Origin: Zygophlyctis sp. KS116
Lineage: Eukaryota; Fungi; Chytridiomycota
NCBI GenBank assembly: GCA_054661495.1
Contig: BAAFSQ010000145.1
Coordinates: 1-24,650, forward strand
DNA length: 24,650 bases
Direction of reading: 5' to 3'
The notes below the pieces were generated by a model that saw only the letters and a list, made by a program, of their open reading frames with translations, did not search any database and was not told where the DNA came from. The translations under genes and the position numbers were made by a program. The stretch's first letter is position 1. Every line of letters begins with the position of its first letter. This document shows, in pieces, positions 1 to 11,564 of this stretch.

Positions 1-539
1 TTTCCAAGTCTCTTCCTAGTCCAATATTTTCATTTTCATTTGGACTCCTCTGTTTCTTCATAGGAGGAGGTTCCATGACTCTTTTAGGATCAACATCAGG
101 CTCTATTCTCATAATGTTAAAAAGATCCTGTGATTCGTCCGCTGCATCGAAATCACTGTATGGTCTTTTCAATCTATTCGATCTCCCAGATGGGCTTAAA
201 GGTAGGAATTCATAATCGTCTTGACTATCTAAAAATTCAAGAAAATCTTAAGATTAGTTTTAATACCATACCAAGTTTATCTAATTCAGCGTCCAATTCA
301 GTCAATTGTGTATCGTCTCTACTTTGAGGATCTTTTAATTCATGTTGATTTGTATGATATTGAGTAGCATCATTATAATCAGGATCATCCTTTGAGAATA
401 ATTCCATCAGAAACTCTTGATCTTGCGATGTAAATCCTTCATTGACCGATCGGTAGATCTCGTCCGCTTCATCCAATGCATCATCCATGCATACTACTAC
501 TTTCAGGATAAGTATCAGTGCAACATATGTCCATCTCAT
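1..539 (-). CDS. Orphan putative secreted protein (partial, 3' end runs off the window)
   Basis: ATG at 539 gives MRWTYVALILILKVVVC (signal-peptide-like) followed by an acidic region. Removing a 25-nt intron (247-271, GTATGG...CTAATCTTAAG) gives an open frame to base 1 (..DFLEFLDSQDDYEF...MEPPPMKKQRSPNENE..). Confidence 0.65.
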
Positions 540-696
540 TAAGTTGGCCTTCATGGCTAGATAAAATTTGTTCTTGTGGCACTGCAGATTTTCTCGCGTT
601 TTCAGGGTGTACGATTTCCGTGCGTTTTTCACTTAGAGAAATCGCCTAAACGCGCACACGCGGCACGCACGCGAAACGCCATAATCGCTGTGATAA

Positions 697-1703
697 GCAT
701 CCGCCGCCAAATCAGAGTTAATTCAAGTAAAGGAATTCAAAGAATTTTTGCCATTTCTCTTTAGTCTCGGCGATGAAAGACATGTAAGGTTTACAAAGAA
801 TACTTTTGAAGAGCATTTCCCATTTGCAAACCACATTTGGGTCCAGGAAAGAGGCTGTTCAGATCGACAAGTTCCAAAATATGGTACTTATAGGCAATAT
901 ATATGCCGATGGTCAAATCAGAAGAAAAAAGAATACAAAAAGAAGACGAATAACATAACCAAATGTTACAAGGAGGGTGTTTGTGATGCGAGGTTGACCA
1001 TAAAGTATTATGAAGCAGAACAAGAGTATGAAATTTATCATACAAAGGGAAAGCATCAACATTCACACTCGATTGAGGAGTCTCATGCACGGAAAGTCTG
1101 TACTGGAATTTTGCAACAGGTACATGATCAATCTGCATTGGGTTACAAATCTGAACAAGTTCATAAAGTGGTCTTAAGAATGAATGAGAATACTTATGGT
1201 GATCAATGTAAGTATTTAAATATAAACCATGCCCTTTCATCGAGACAGAGAAACTTTACCTCTATGCAGGAGTCTGACCGACCTAAAGATGATATACAAC
1301 ATGATATCGGAGATGAAATTACAAGCAGCTGACCGAAGCTCAGGCTTACCCTGAATTGGAATTGTTCCCTATGGCATTTCAAGTTCTTATAAGAAATCAA
1401 TTTAATATAGCAGTAAGTAATCTTGAATCTGCGAAATATCAAGTAAGTGGAGCTAAATCGCCTGTATGCCCCTGTCCCTTTTATCAGCAATACTTCTTGC
1501 CGTGCTCTCATATGTTCTTGAAAGATATTTTGGATAAACAGGGCTTCTTTACTGAAAGATGCAAAGAGGATCCACTTAAAGCCAAACGCATGGAAGAATT
1601 TATTATACAAATAGGTTCTCAATTGACTACAGCATTTGATGAAAATAGTTTTCCGCACTGCAAGAGTAAAATATTAACAATTCAATTGAGATGTATATTT
1701 TAA
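697..1703 (+). mobile_element. Degenerate Mutator-like (MULE) transposase relic: WRKY/GCM1/FAR1-type Zn finger plus SWIM finger, frameshifted, catalytic core missing
   Basis: Frame 697-1332 contains YICRW...CDARLTIK...HQHSH and has no ATG near its 5' end. A second frame (about 1317-1703) contains CPCPFYQQYFLPCSH (SWIM CxC..CxH). The frame changes near 1315 with no short intron to join the two parts. Confidence 0.65.
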
Positions 1704-3472
1704 TTATTCTTTTTTAAATTGAGCAGGAAAAGATGGTGAGATATCAGAGGATTGTGATGTCCTTCCCATTATATGAGATGGATTGAGGATATGTGACGTG
1801 TTCGTAACTTGACCATTCGCCGCCATCTGAGATAGATTTAAGAATTGAGACGGATTGATTCCTTGAATTTGATTTAATGCCTGAGGACGAATACCATGGG
1901 GAGAACTTATAGCACCTAAATTCATTCCAGGTCTTCCAAATGGTATTCCACTAGAAGCTCTCATAGCTGAGCGCATCTGCTGCATTTGTTGTAATTGTGT
2001 GAGATTCAAAGATGGCATATTAACAGGGGATTGTGAATGAAATGGTTCAGGAGTGCGCTTTGAAAAGTTTGGAATCACACGATTTCCAGAGAAGCCACGA
2101 CTAGCAGAGAGCATAGACTGATTAGGAGCTCCACCAAATTCAGAGGGCGGAGAAATTGAGACCAAGTGCACTAATCTCCTCCGAACTTTTTCCAAAATAG
2201 CCAATTTTTCATTTGAATCCTCTTGAGAAGCAGCAGACTTGACCAATCCTTCCAAATCCTTTAAATTGTCATCTAATACTGACTGAAAAGACGCAGAAGT
2301 TAAAGATTCTTGAAAAGCTGGATTTAAAAAATTTGATACTGGTTTTAATAATGGAGCAATATCAGATGCATCTCTCCTTATATTTTCCATAAAAGAATTC
2401 TCCAAAATTTTTTGAACCTGAAATTCAATTTCATTTAATCTCCCAATAACATCCAACCTTCCTTTTTTAGTCTTTATAACCCTGGAATCTTGATCCACAT
2501 TTTCTCTTTCACTCTTGTCTAATTTCATAACCTCTTGGACTTTTTTTACAATTTGATGACCGTCCTCTGTAATTTCAGATAAAAACTGTTCAATTTTATC
2601 TTTTAAAAAGGGAACATCGACTGCTAATTTCTCTAAACTTGCTGCATAAGTCAACCCTCTCTTATTTCCATAGGTATGATATAGAAAAGAGGCTTCAATC
2701 TTTGATACACACTGTAAATCTGTTGGTTTTGGTGGAGTCCATCCAAAACTTTCTATAAATCATTAAAAATTGAATTTTATACCTGCAAGACTATTCTCTG
2801 AAGGTGCCAAAATAGAATTACAGTAATCAACAGAATAAGAATCTATCAACCTTTGAAATTTGCAAGATTTAAACAATTCTTCCCTATCTAAATCTTTTTC
2901 TAAAATACTTAAAAAAAATATATACTTTTAAATGTTCCATCTTCATTATAAAGCCCTGAAATCAGCTCTTCTAGCGACTCTTTATGATTTTTCTTGCCAT
3001 GAGATACTCTTTTCCGAAGACTCATATCTGATTTTCTCTTTTGTGACTCTGATAAAATTTCTAATAATTCCTGAGAGGAAGCCACAGATTTAGCTTCTCT
3101 CTCAATCAATGGAAACCCATAATTTCCTAATTTATGAGCTTCCTTGTAGTAAATTGTAGATGGTGCATTATATTTTTTAGCATTTGCGATTATTAATTCG
3201 AAATCTGCTTGAAACTCTGAAATTGAAGAATACTGTTCCAATTTTTCAGTCATTGTTGAGAAATCCATTGGATGTGTTATAAAACTTGGATAGTCTGGAA
3301 CTGCTTTAATATCAACCGGAACTTGAAAAAAACCAAAATTGTCCTTTTGCTTTAAACTTGCAAGTATTTTGGTCAGAACGGATAACAAACTTTTTTTTCT
3401 GACTGGTTTATCCTTGACAAACTCATCGTCTTCATTGTAATTGGGGAATTTGACTCGAAGTCTCGTTTCCAT
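1704..3472 (-). CDS. Bromodomain protein, BRD7/BRD9-like
   Basis: Bromodomain motif FFQVPVD...PDYPSFITHPMDFSTM...NAKKYNAPSTIYY. Introns 2900-2925 and 2753-2782 join it to YGNKRGLTYAASL (BRD7/9-like) and a Q/M/S-rich low-complexity tail. Confidence 0.8.
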
Positions 3473-3540
3473 TCGTAAAGTTTAGGTTCTGTGGCCCTAC
3501 TTATAGTTTCAAGTCAAATGTTGATGCAACTATATGTATT

Positions 3541-4529
3541 TTAAAATGAAATATTTGGTAATCCAATCTCACTCTATTCATAAAATAAAAATAAATACCT
3601 TTATATTTTCTAAATCTATTTCTGTAATTTTTTTAGACTCTGAACACTTGTAAAATCCACAATCTTTAAAATCCTTTAAACATTCCCAACAGAATACATG
3701 TCCACAGTAACAACATTCCATCTTGTTACATCCATCATCTCTCTAGTCTTTAAGAAATTTTAAATTTACAGAAATTATAATCTTACATTTCGGACATGAT
3801 TTTGAATTTTCTAATTTTAAAGATTTACAAGTTTCTGAATGACTCTTGTTTCCACAATAAAAACAATTCCATTCTAGACACTGATGACATTTGATATCTG
3901 GGAAATATTCCAAATGAGAAAATATTAAATCTTGCCAGTTTTTTGGGTCTTTTTCTAATTTAATAAATAAAAGAGATATTTTAGAGCCATCTTTATCTTT
4001 TAAAAGTTTACAAGCGATAGAATGATAAATAGATTTTAGGGATTTTGAACTTTCAAGTTGAGATTTACTAGTACCTAAAAGTTGTAGATCTAATAGAATT
4101 CCTAAATTTTCAAAGTGTTTCCAGAGTTGATTTACTAGTGCACTTCTTTCCTTTTCTTTAAAAAGAGGTGTATCTCCAATTGAAATTTCAGAATCACAGT
4201 TGAAACAAGACCTTTTGGGTGATTTATAGGGAGAATTGAATTTCTCATACAAATCATAAACTTTTGAATCTACAAGCTGATTTTAACAAAAGTTAAAGTA
4301 CCTGAGACCATGTTTCCTTTGGAATAATAATAGAACATACCGGACATTTGACTTTTAGCATAACTAGTCCCCAAGAGTTTGTAACCAGACAATTGACATA
4401 AGTTTCAAAACATTCTCGACAAAACTGATCTTTACATTCCTTAATAATTATAATAGTAGTAATTACAGGAAGACAAAAATCTAGTCCTCTATCATAGCAT
4501 ATTGAGCATTTGTAGAAATATTCTTCCAT
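3541..4529 (-). CDS. RBR (RING-IBR-RING) E3 ubiquitin ligase
   Basis: RING1 CSICYD..CLP/ECKDQFCREC..CPVC. IBR CFNC...CHQC..CFYC..H..C. RING2 CPKC..RDDGCNKMECCYCGHVFCWEC. Introns 4440-4466, 4277-4301, 3743-3769 and 3574-3598. An alternative in-frame ATG lies at 4625. Confidence 0.85.
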
Positions 4530-4702
4530 TTTGACTCTATTCAAGAGAATTATGAGTAAAATCAATACAGTACAAGAAAGAATAAATATAATCTCTGGAA
4601 AAATGAGTTTCAATAGGCTTTTCATGAGCTACAAGTATTGAGAAAAGTCTACTTATGGCACTTAACTCATAAGAAATGAATTATAATAGAAACTTTATTT
4701 AT

Positions 4703-7640
4703 TCAACTATTCTATAAAATCACTAAATATACCTTTATAGGATGGTTCTTTTGATAATCTCTTAAAAATAACTCTTCATTGATTTTTTCAGCCTGATGGT
4801 TAGTAAAGAAGAATACCTGTTCTGCATTAGAAATTATTTGTTGTTGTTTAGTCTTAATAAATGAAATTTTCCCCTGGATATGAGTTCTAGACTGATCAAA
4901 CAGATCTTGATCTGGTGTGATAGGACGCATTCTTTCGAAATCTAATTCTTTATAGTTTTCTTCCCAGACTTGTCCGATTTTTAAGTCCAGGTATTTAGAA
5001 ATCTAAAATAAATAAATCTTGAATTACAAATATTAATTTGACTTGTTGTGATTGATCTAGATTATCAACAAGTCTTTCATATCCTAATTTTGAAAATATG
5101 GAATAGATTTTTGCTCTAAAGTTTTCTGAAATTTCTTCAATGGTTCTTCCATTAATAGAAGGAACAGTAAAGTCTCGCTGAATTTTAGTTTAGAGAGATA
5201 CCTTGGGTTGATTTTCTCCTGCCAACGGGTCTAAAGATTCTATTAAACTACCATCAGGACAACTTTTGATTCCCAATTTAGCTTCTTCAATATTCCATAA
5301 CTTGATTAGTAAATTTGAGATTCCAAATTCACAATTGGAATTAGATTTCCATTCAAAACAGTGATATATTGCCTACTCGTAAATAAGAGATTTGTACTTT
5401 TGGATTTTCTAAAAGGTCTAAAAGACATCCAAGAATATGTTTTTGAACAGTCACAGATTCTTTTTCTAGTAAATTCAACAATGAAAAAATTCCTATTATT
5501 AAGAGTCACCAATAGTACCCAAAGATTGTAATAAGGTCTCTTCATTCAGAGAATTACCACAGACGCATCCCCATAAGCATTCAATTAATGCAATTAGCAT
5601 ATCTTCTTTTTCTTTTTTTCTTGGCGAATCAAAGCTAGGATAAATAGGGCAAATATTACTTTATCAAGGGAATGACACATTTTACCCCGTTAGTTTTTCC
5701 AAAAGCAATCTTATTATCCTTGCTCCCAAAACATAGAGACCCACATGTTATTAATGCTACTCTCCAGCAATCTAACGTATACGTTGGATTTCCTATAATA
5801 TCTATAATTTAATTTTCAAAATCTACCTGAAAGAATTGGAAATACTCCAAAGTTTCCAAATTGTTTTTTGGAAGTCCCTGGAAGCAATTCTGAGATATTG
5901 AGAATAAGTTGGATAGTAGCTTCTATGAGCCCAAATATTTCACGCTTTGTATATACTTCAATCAATTCCATATCCTTTGGTAGACAAACATGCTTTAAAA
6001 ATTTTGTAATTAAATTAATTGAATCTGATTCTAAAACTTCATCGATCACCTTTGGAAGAATATCATTCAATAGTCCGATTATCTAATATTAATAATCGCC
6101 TACATACTTGAAATTGTATGTTTCTCAACTGATGAGGCGTCCAATGATCAAGAATCGGGTGATTTGTTTCTATATCCAGATATGTTAGGCAAAATTGAAT
6201 AAGACCATTCTAAACTTAAAATAATGAAAAGCTTACATTCAAAAAAACTCTTAGAACGTCCTCGTTCTTGCAAACATTTCTACACAATTCAATCATAAGT
6301 TTTTTGAATTCATAATCCTCTTGCTCTCTTGACTGATATTAATTTTAGCAAATAATATACAAAAATCAAATGTGAAACATCAGGATGATCTATATCTAAT
6401 TCTATATGAACCATAAATAAACTGATTGACTCAACAAACCCGATTTCCAAAAATTTCAATACATAATCTGAATACAGGACACCGATTTGATTAAATATGA
6501 TCAAAATTTCATTTCTTAACTGCTTTTCTGTTTGCCGATTTCCATTGATCAAGAAATGTTCAAAAAGTATTTTTAAAACTGTTAACGACTCTACAGTCCC
6601 TAATATGGCGGCCATTTCTTTTCCATGGTTCGAGCTTAGTAAATTCCATATTATTTCAATCGCTACAAAAACAACATAATCATTTGAAGAATCTCGTAAA
6701 ACATCATTGAGAAGATCGGCAGTACCATCTAGAACTTAATAACAAATAATTACGTGATATAAAATGAGCTGAACACTTTTCAAACTTTGAAAGTCTTCTT
6801 AAAGTTCTTAAAACAGATGCTTGATGCGATGGAGTTTTGAGATATTGGTACGCTTGAGTCAAGCCTTCAATAGCCATACTTGACAATTTAATAAAATATT
6901 CTAACCTTTCTTCTGCTGAGCATACTTGTACCGCCGCTAGATCTACTTTATGATATTTTGTGCGATCATCATGGGTTGGAATTGGAGGAATCGGAGTCGA
7001 TAGACTAAATTGAATTTCAAAACTCGGTTTAACTTTGCCGCCTCCACATAATGAATATATTGCCTTTATTTAAAATATTAAAAATCATACATTTGCTATT
7101 GCATCAATCGCTAATTCATGATCATAAAGAGTCAGTTGAGCTAATGCATTGATAATATCTCTTATTTGCCATTTTAAGCCTGGGCTATCTGTAAAATCAG
7201 ATGGTAATTCGATTGGCGCCCTATTAAAATAAGTATTAAAACTTACGAGAAAAGTGCCACAAATTTTGGAATTGAATCCAACAATACTTTTCCTCCGTCA
7301 TCAATTCTTTTTTTTAGTATTTTTAAAACTCGAAGTAAGTCATTCAGATCTGAGACTGGCTATGAAATAAATTGACAAAAATTACAATTCCGGACACTAA
7401 AATCCTAGACATTTTATCTAAGACCGATGCATGCCGATCATACAAGATTCTTGTATATTTCCCATCCAAAAGCTCAATGATCTTATCGTATTGAATACAT
7501 TTTGGGGGATTGGAAGATTCTCTAAAACTTGGAACTACTTTTGCCATCTTTACTACACTTGGCAATGGAAATTTTGCCGATGACTTCTCAAGAGCAACGT
7601 GCAATTCCTTTGGTATGTTTACAGCTAAACTGGTCCCCAT
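4703..7640 (-). CDS. CFAP69: Cilia- and flagella-associated protein 69-like (ARM-repeat), multi-intron
   Basis: Fragments recalled as CFAP69-like: YDKIIELLDGKYTRILYDRHASVLDKM and HFLINGNRQTEKQLRNEILII. Consecutive minus-strand exons are separated by tiny introns. The 3' end (4703 vs 4712) is uncertain and not all exon boundaries were traced. Confidence 0.7.
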
Positions 7641-7689
7641 TTTTATTATTTTTTAAAAGTGGACTACATCATTGCGGCATTCTCCGAAG

Positions 7690-7697
7690 TGACGTCA
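7690..7697. promoter_or_regulatory. CRE/ATF palindrome TGACGTCA upstream of CFAP69
   Basis: Perfect TGACGTCA in the 68-nt THO1-CFAP69 spacer, about 50 nt before the ATG. Confidence 0.35.
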
Positions 7698-7708
7698 ATT
7701 AGTAGTAT

Positions 7709-8413
7709 CTAAATTTTTGACTTCTTACCATTTTCCTATAATTTCAGAATCATTTTAAAAACACCTCTAGTCCAAATCTTTCTAACCTTTTCCTCTTCAA
7801 TTCATCCATTTGCGAAACCTGAATCACCTTTTCAACGACTGGATTAATAATCCCAAATCTTTCCTGTCTTTTTAATAAGATATCCTATGATAAATCCTGT
7901 AAGAAACTTTACAACAGATTCATTTTTTAAAATTCCCAAACTACTATTATCATTTTTAACAGATTTCTCCATTATAGTTGGCGATTTAACCGTACTCTTC
8001 TCAGTCTTTTTCTCTGGCTGAATCTTGTCAGGAATACCAAACCTTTTTGCCCTCTCATTCTTTTTCTCTTCGTCTGTTTTAGCAGTCAATGATTTTATCG
8101 ACGATGACGGAGAAACTGCAGATGACGCCAGAGTTGTTGATTCAGTCGCAGATGTATTCAGAACCAAATTCGATAAAGTGCCCGCAACAGCACTATTAGC
8201 TATTGGTTTAGCAGCAGATTCCTGAGGTTTCTCAGTTTCCTTTGCTGGATTTGGCTGATTTTCCATTGAAAACGTTAATAAACGAGCAATTAATTCTTCC
8301 TTTTTGCCGCTAGATAATAAAGAATGTTTGGATAGTTCTATGATTAAAATTTAGGAATTACCAGCCTTCAATTCAGAGACTTTTAGTTTTTTAAGATTAG
8401 CTTCAGAGTACAT
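7709..8413 (-). CDS. THO1: SAP-domain mRNA export protein Tho1/SARNP
   Basis: SAP domain LKKLKVSELKAELSKHSLLSSGKKEELIARL, plus repeated RAKRFG/RQERFG/RLERFG motifs. Introns 8338-8361, 7885-7912 and 7736-7764. Confidence 0.85.
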
Positions 8414-8441
8414 GGTCTCAAAAAACGACACGAAAACACTT

Positions 8442-9989
8442 TTACAAACACGAAATTTGATCTTTTGATGCATCCATAATCAATTCTTTTACAAGAACAA
8501 AATTCTTATACATTTGATCATAACCAACCATTCCACTCAAAACCTTTTGTACTGATGCACCTTTGCGAGTCATTGTTAAATTATGATAAATTAGACTTGG
8601 TTCTAAAAGTCTAAAGCTAGAATTCACATCAAAAGGATTGACTAGAGGCCATATAGATTGTTGAAAAAGATGAAATGTAAATAATAAAGTCTGCATTTGT
8701 GCCTTTAAGTGAATGAATGATGGTGTTTTAGATAATGCTTTAGATTTTAGTCCAGGATTAGAGTTTGTTTTAGAGTTTGAATTATTCCAAGAAATAACAG
8801 CAGAGAGAATCAATGAGTTTAATTGAAAATCTAAAATTGGAGTTTCCTTGTTGTAAAGGTAATCAACCAGAGATTTTAAGCATGCAGCAAATACTTGAAA
8901 TTGAGATGGAATTTTTAGTACTAATTCGTAATCTAGCCCAAAAGATTTAAAGAGAAAATTGTAAGAGGTGTCTTTTGTAGATTGTCCTTGAACTTTAAAT
9001 GTTTTTGGTGTAAATTTCGCTCCTCTTCTACAATACTCTGTAATAATAGTATCTTTTACAAATAGAAAAGAGTATAAATTTTGTCTAATCTGTAAAGAGA
9101 CATCCCATGCAGACTCTTTTCTAACATTTTCAAGTAAATTTCCACACCAAAATACTTTATGATGTAATAATTTCAATAATGAAGGATCTAGTCTTCCTTG
9201 ACTTGCAGACAAAGTAAAATCCTGATCTTTACAAAATTGATACTGTATAGATTTAGGAATATTATACTGGGCAACTGCATTTTGAAATTCCAAAGAATTA
9301 TTTACTGGAGTATTACAACTTTTTAATCTAGAAGCCCAATACTTTATTCTACAAGTCTTTTTAGATTTTGTGTATGGAGGATCTACTCCTGTAAATAAAT
9401 CATTTCCTACTAAAACAGCAAAATAAGGTAGATTTTGTATAGAAATCCCCAACATTTGTGCAATTTCCTTGATTTTTATACATTTTCCTGAAATCATTTT
9501 TGAAGAGACTGTTAAATGACTCAATGGTATATAACCTAGAGTATCATAAATATAAAAATCTGAATCATTTGAGAGTATATATGCATCATGTTTTCTAGCC
9601 AAATGAGCAATAGTTTCATCTGCTTCACCGGGAGCAATTAGAAAATCTACTCCCATCCTTGTAAAAAGAAGAGTCATGATTGACAAAAGTCCCAATGGAA
9701 TCCAAGATGATTTTAAAATATTTGATGCTCTAGATATCTGTGTTGGTAATTTTTCCAATTTACTTTCTCCATCAAAGACCCAAATACATTTGATTTTAGA
9801 TAAATTGTATTGAAAGTTGAGTATCAAACTTATACATTCTTGTAAATCATCATTATTACAAGACAAATAGTAAAAGATTGCATTGGCATCAACAATCCAA
9901 ATTTCATTACAAGGAGAATCTATAGTAAACCAATTACCTATTGAAGGATAATTAGTGTCAATGTAATCTGATAATGATCTAATGCCCAT
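8442..9989 (-). CDS. Asteroid/ASTE1-family XPG/PIN-domain nuclease (intronless)
   Basis: N-terminal [32 protein letters not shown] and VGND motifs of the FEN1/XPG-like PIN fold. 515 aa uninterrupted ORF. Confidence 0.8.
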   Translation of the reverse strand: MGIRSLSDYIDTNYPSIGNWFTIDSPCNEIWIVDANAIFYYLSCNNDDLQECISLILNFQYNLSKIKCIWVFDGESKLEKLPTQISRASNILKSSWIPLGLLSIMTLLFTRMGVDFLIAPGEADETIAHLARKHDAYILSNDSDFYIYDTLGYIPLSHLTVSSKMISGKCIKIKEIAQMLGISIQNLPYFAVLVGNDLFTGVDPPYTKSKKTCRIKYWASRLKSCNTPVNNSLEFQNAVAQYNIPKSIQYQFCKDQDFTLSASQGRLDPSLLKLLHHKVFWCGNLLENVRKESAWDVSLQIRQNLYSFLFVKDTIITEYCRRGAKFTPKTFKVQGQSTKDTSYNFLFKSFGLDYELVLKIPSQFQVFAACLKSLVDYLYNKETPILDFQLNSLILSAVISWNNSNSKTNSNPGLKSKALSKTPSFIHLKAQMQTLLFTFHLFQQSIWPLVNPFDVNSSFRLLEPSLIYHNLTMTRKGASVQKVLSGMVGYDQMYKNFVLVKELIMDASKDQISCL

Positions 9990-10345
9990 TTATTACAAAT
10001 TCTTTGTAAAAATTTCCACCTCTGAGAGCAAGAACCAAATGTAGCACAGAGCCACCTTCAATTCCCAAATCAGATGCAGTTCTCTCATCAGACATTTGTT
10101 TTCCTCCAAAAATAAGACTATAGTAAATTCCACTATTTAATACCGTTGCTGAGCAGGAGGAATACCTTCTTTTTCTTCAACTCTCTCTTTAATACGTATT
10201 ACCTATAATTTAATCCTTAAATTTACAGAATCACTGGGTTCAATATCTAATTCAATCTAGGAATTAGTTTTTAAAATTGCATACTTCTTTTCCGGTAAGA
10301 GTCTATATTTAAGAGAATTAAAATTACCTTTACTTTGATGAGCAT
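9979..10345 (-). CDS. NEDD8: NEDD8/Rub1 precursor with 11-aa C-terminal extension
   Basis: Removing introns 10303-10327, 10257-10284, 10203-10226 and 10118-10143 gives [87 protein letters not shown]. Missed by the ORF track. Confidence 0.93.
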
Positions 10346-10517
10346 TTGTACGGGTGGCCCTTGAACACTGGTTACAATGACTTGTGAAATACTACAGTTG
10401 TCTTGATAGAGTACAAATCCATCATGATCAGTTGCATTATGATTTCTTTAGAGATTCTACTGATTTCTTTGAATAAAATAAATTATTGGTGAAATCCACG
10501 ATAATAACTGATACGCG

Positions 10518-11515
10518 ATGAGTTGCGACTATGAGACTGTAAGAAGAGATATCCATTCTGTAATGTATAATCCTGAATGGTCAGACCAGGGGTTTTTAGG
10601 ACCATTGTTTTTGAGACTTGCCTGGCATGCATCAGGTACATACTCTAAAAAGGATGGGAGTGGTGGTTCGAATGGAGCAACGTATGTCTAATAGTATTAA
10701 AAGTCTAGTATGAGATTTCATCCTGAGAAAAATGATCCAGATAATGCTGGACTTGTAATATCAAAAACTTAAAAATTTAGGAATGGGCAAGACATTATCT
10801 GGAACCAATCAAGAAATTACATCCATTAATTAGTTATGCAGATTTATGGACTCTTGCAGGTGTAGTAGCTGTTGAAACCATGGGTGGAAATAAAGTAAAT
10901 TGGAAGCCTGGAAGAGTAAAAGTCTAATCCTAAATTAATAGGTTGATAAAACTGATCCAGAACATGGATTATATAGAACTGACTCAAAGTTTGAACAAGA
11001 TATTATTATTCCAAAATTTACAGTTCCTGAACCAGGTCGTTTACCAATAGCTTCTGGAAATTATGGACATGTCCGAGCGGTTTTTACCAGAATGGGATTT
11101 ACTGATCAAGAAACAGTGTAATTTCTTTCAATAATATTCAGGGCTCTAATTGGTTCTCATTGTGTTGGAAAATGTCATTATGATAGATCAGGCTATGAAG
11201 TATTATTTGTTATTGAAATCTAAAAAAAAGGGTCAGTGGACTACAACACCAACGACATTTTGTAACTCGTATTTCAAGACTCTTTTAGGAGTGAATTGGA
11301 CTCTATCTACTTTAAATGGTATTCAACAGCATCGAGATCCAAATGATGAAGATGGTAAACTATTAATGTTGACAACTGATATTGCTCTATTAAAAGATAT
11401 TAAATATCGGACATTTGTAGAACTATATGCAAATGATAATGAGTTGTGGCTAAAAGATTTCTCTGAATCCTTTGCTAAATTGCTTGAATTGGGCATAAAT
11501 CGAAAAAAAGAATAA
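10518..11515 (+). CDS. Class I heme peroxidase (cytochrome c peroxidase/ascorbate peroxidase family), no presequence
   Basis: [15 protein letters not shown] (distal R/W/H), ISYADLW, GRLP, GSHCVG (proximal His), GQWT and LTTDIAL. Introns 10682-10708, 10755-10780, 10916-10941, 11118-11141 and 11200-11230. Confidence 0.9.
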
Positions 11516-11564
11516 CGATTGCTTGATTGAATGTCTTAATAGCTGATTTCCATTATCCAGTTTC

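Noticed and set aside
791-1658. Minus-strand ORFs 791-1240 and 1203-1658
   Set aside because: They are antisense to the zinc-finger-bearing plus-strand frames and show no recognisable motifs.
10009-10015. Slippery heptamer A AAT TTT right after the NEDD8 GG, suggesting a -1 frameshift NEDD8-ASTE1 fusion
   Set aside because: ASTE1 is in the +1 frame and its ATG is preceded by in-frame TAA TAA, so a -1 shift does not reach it.
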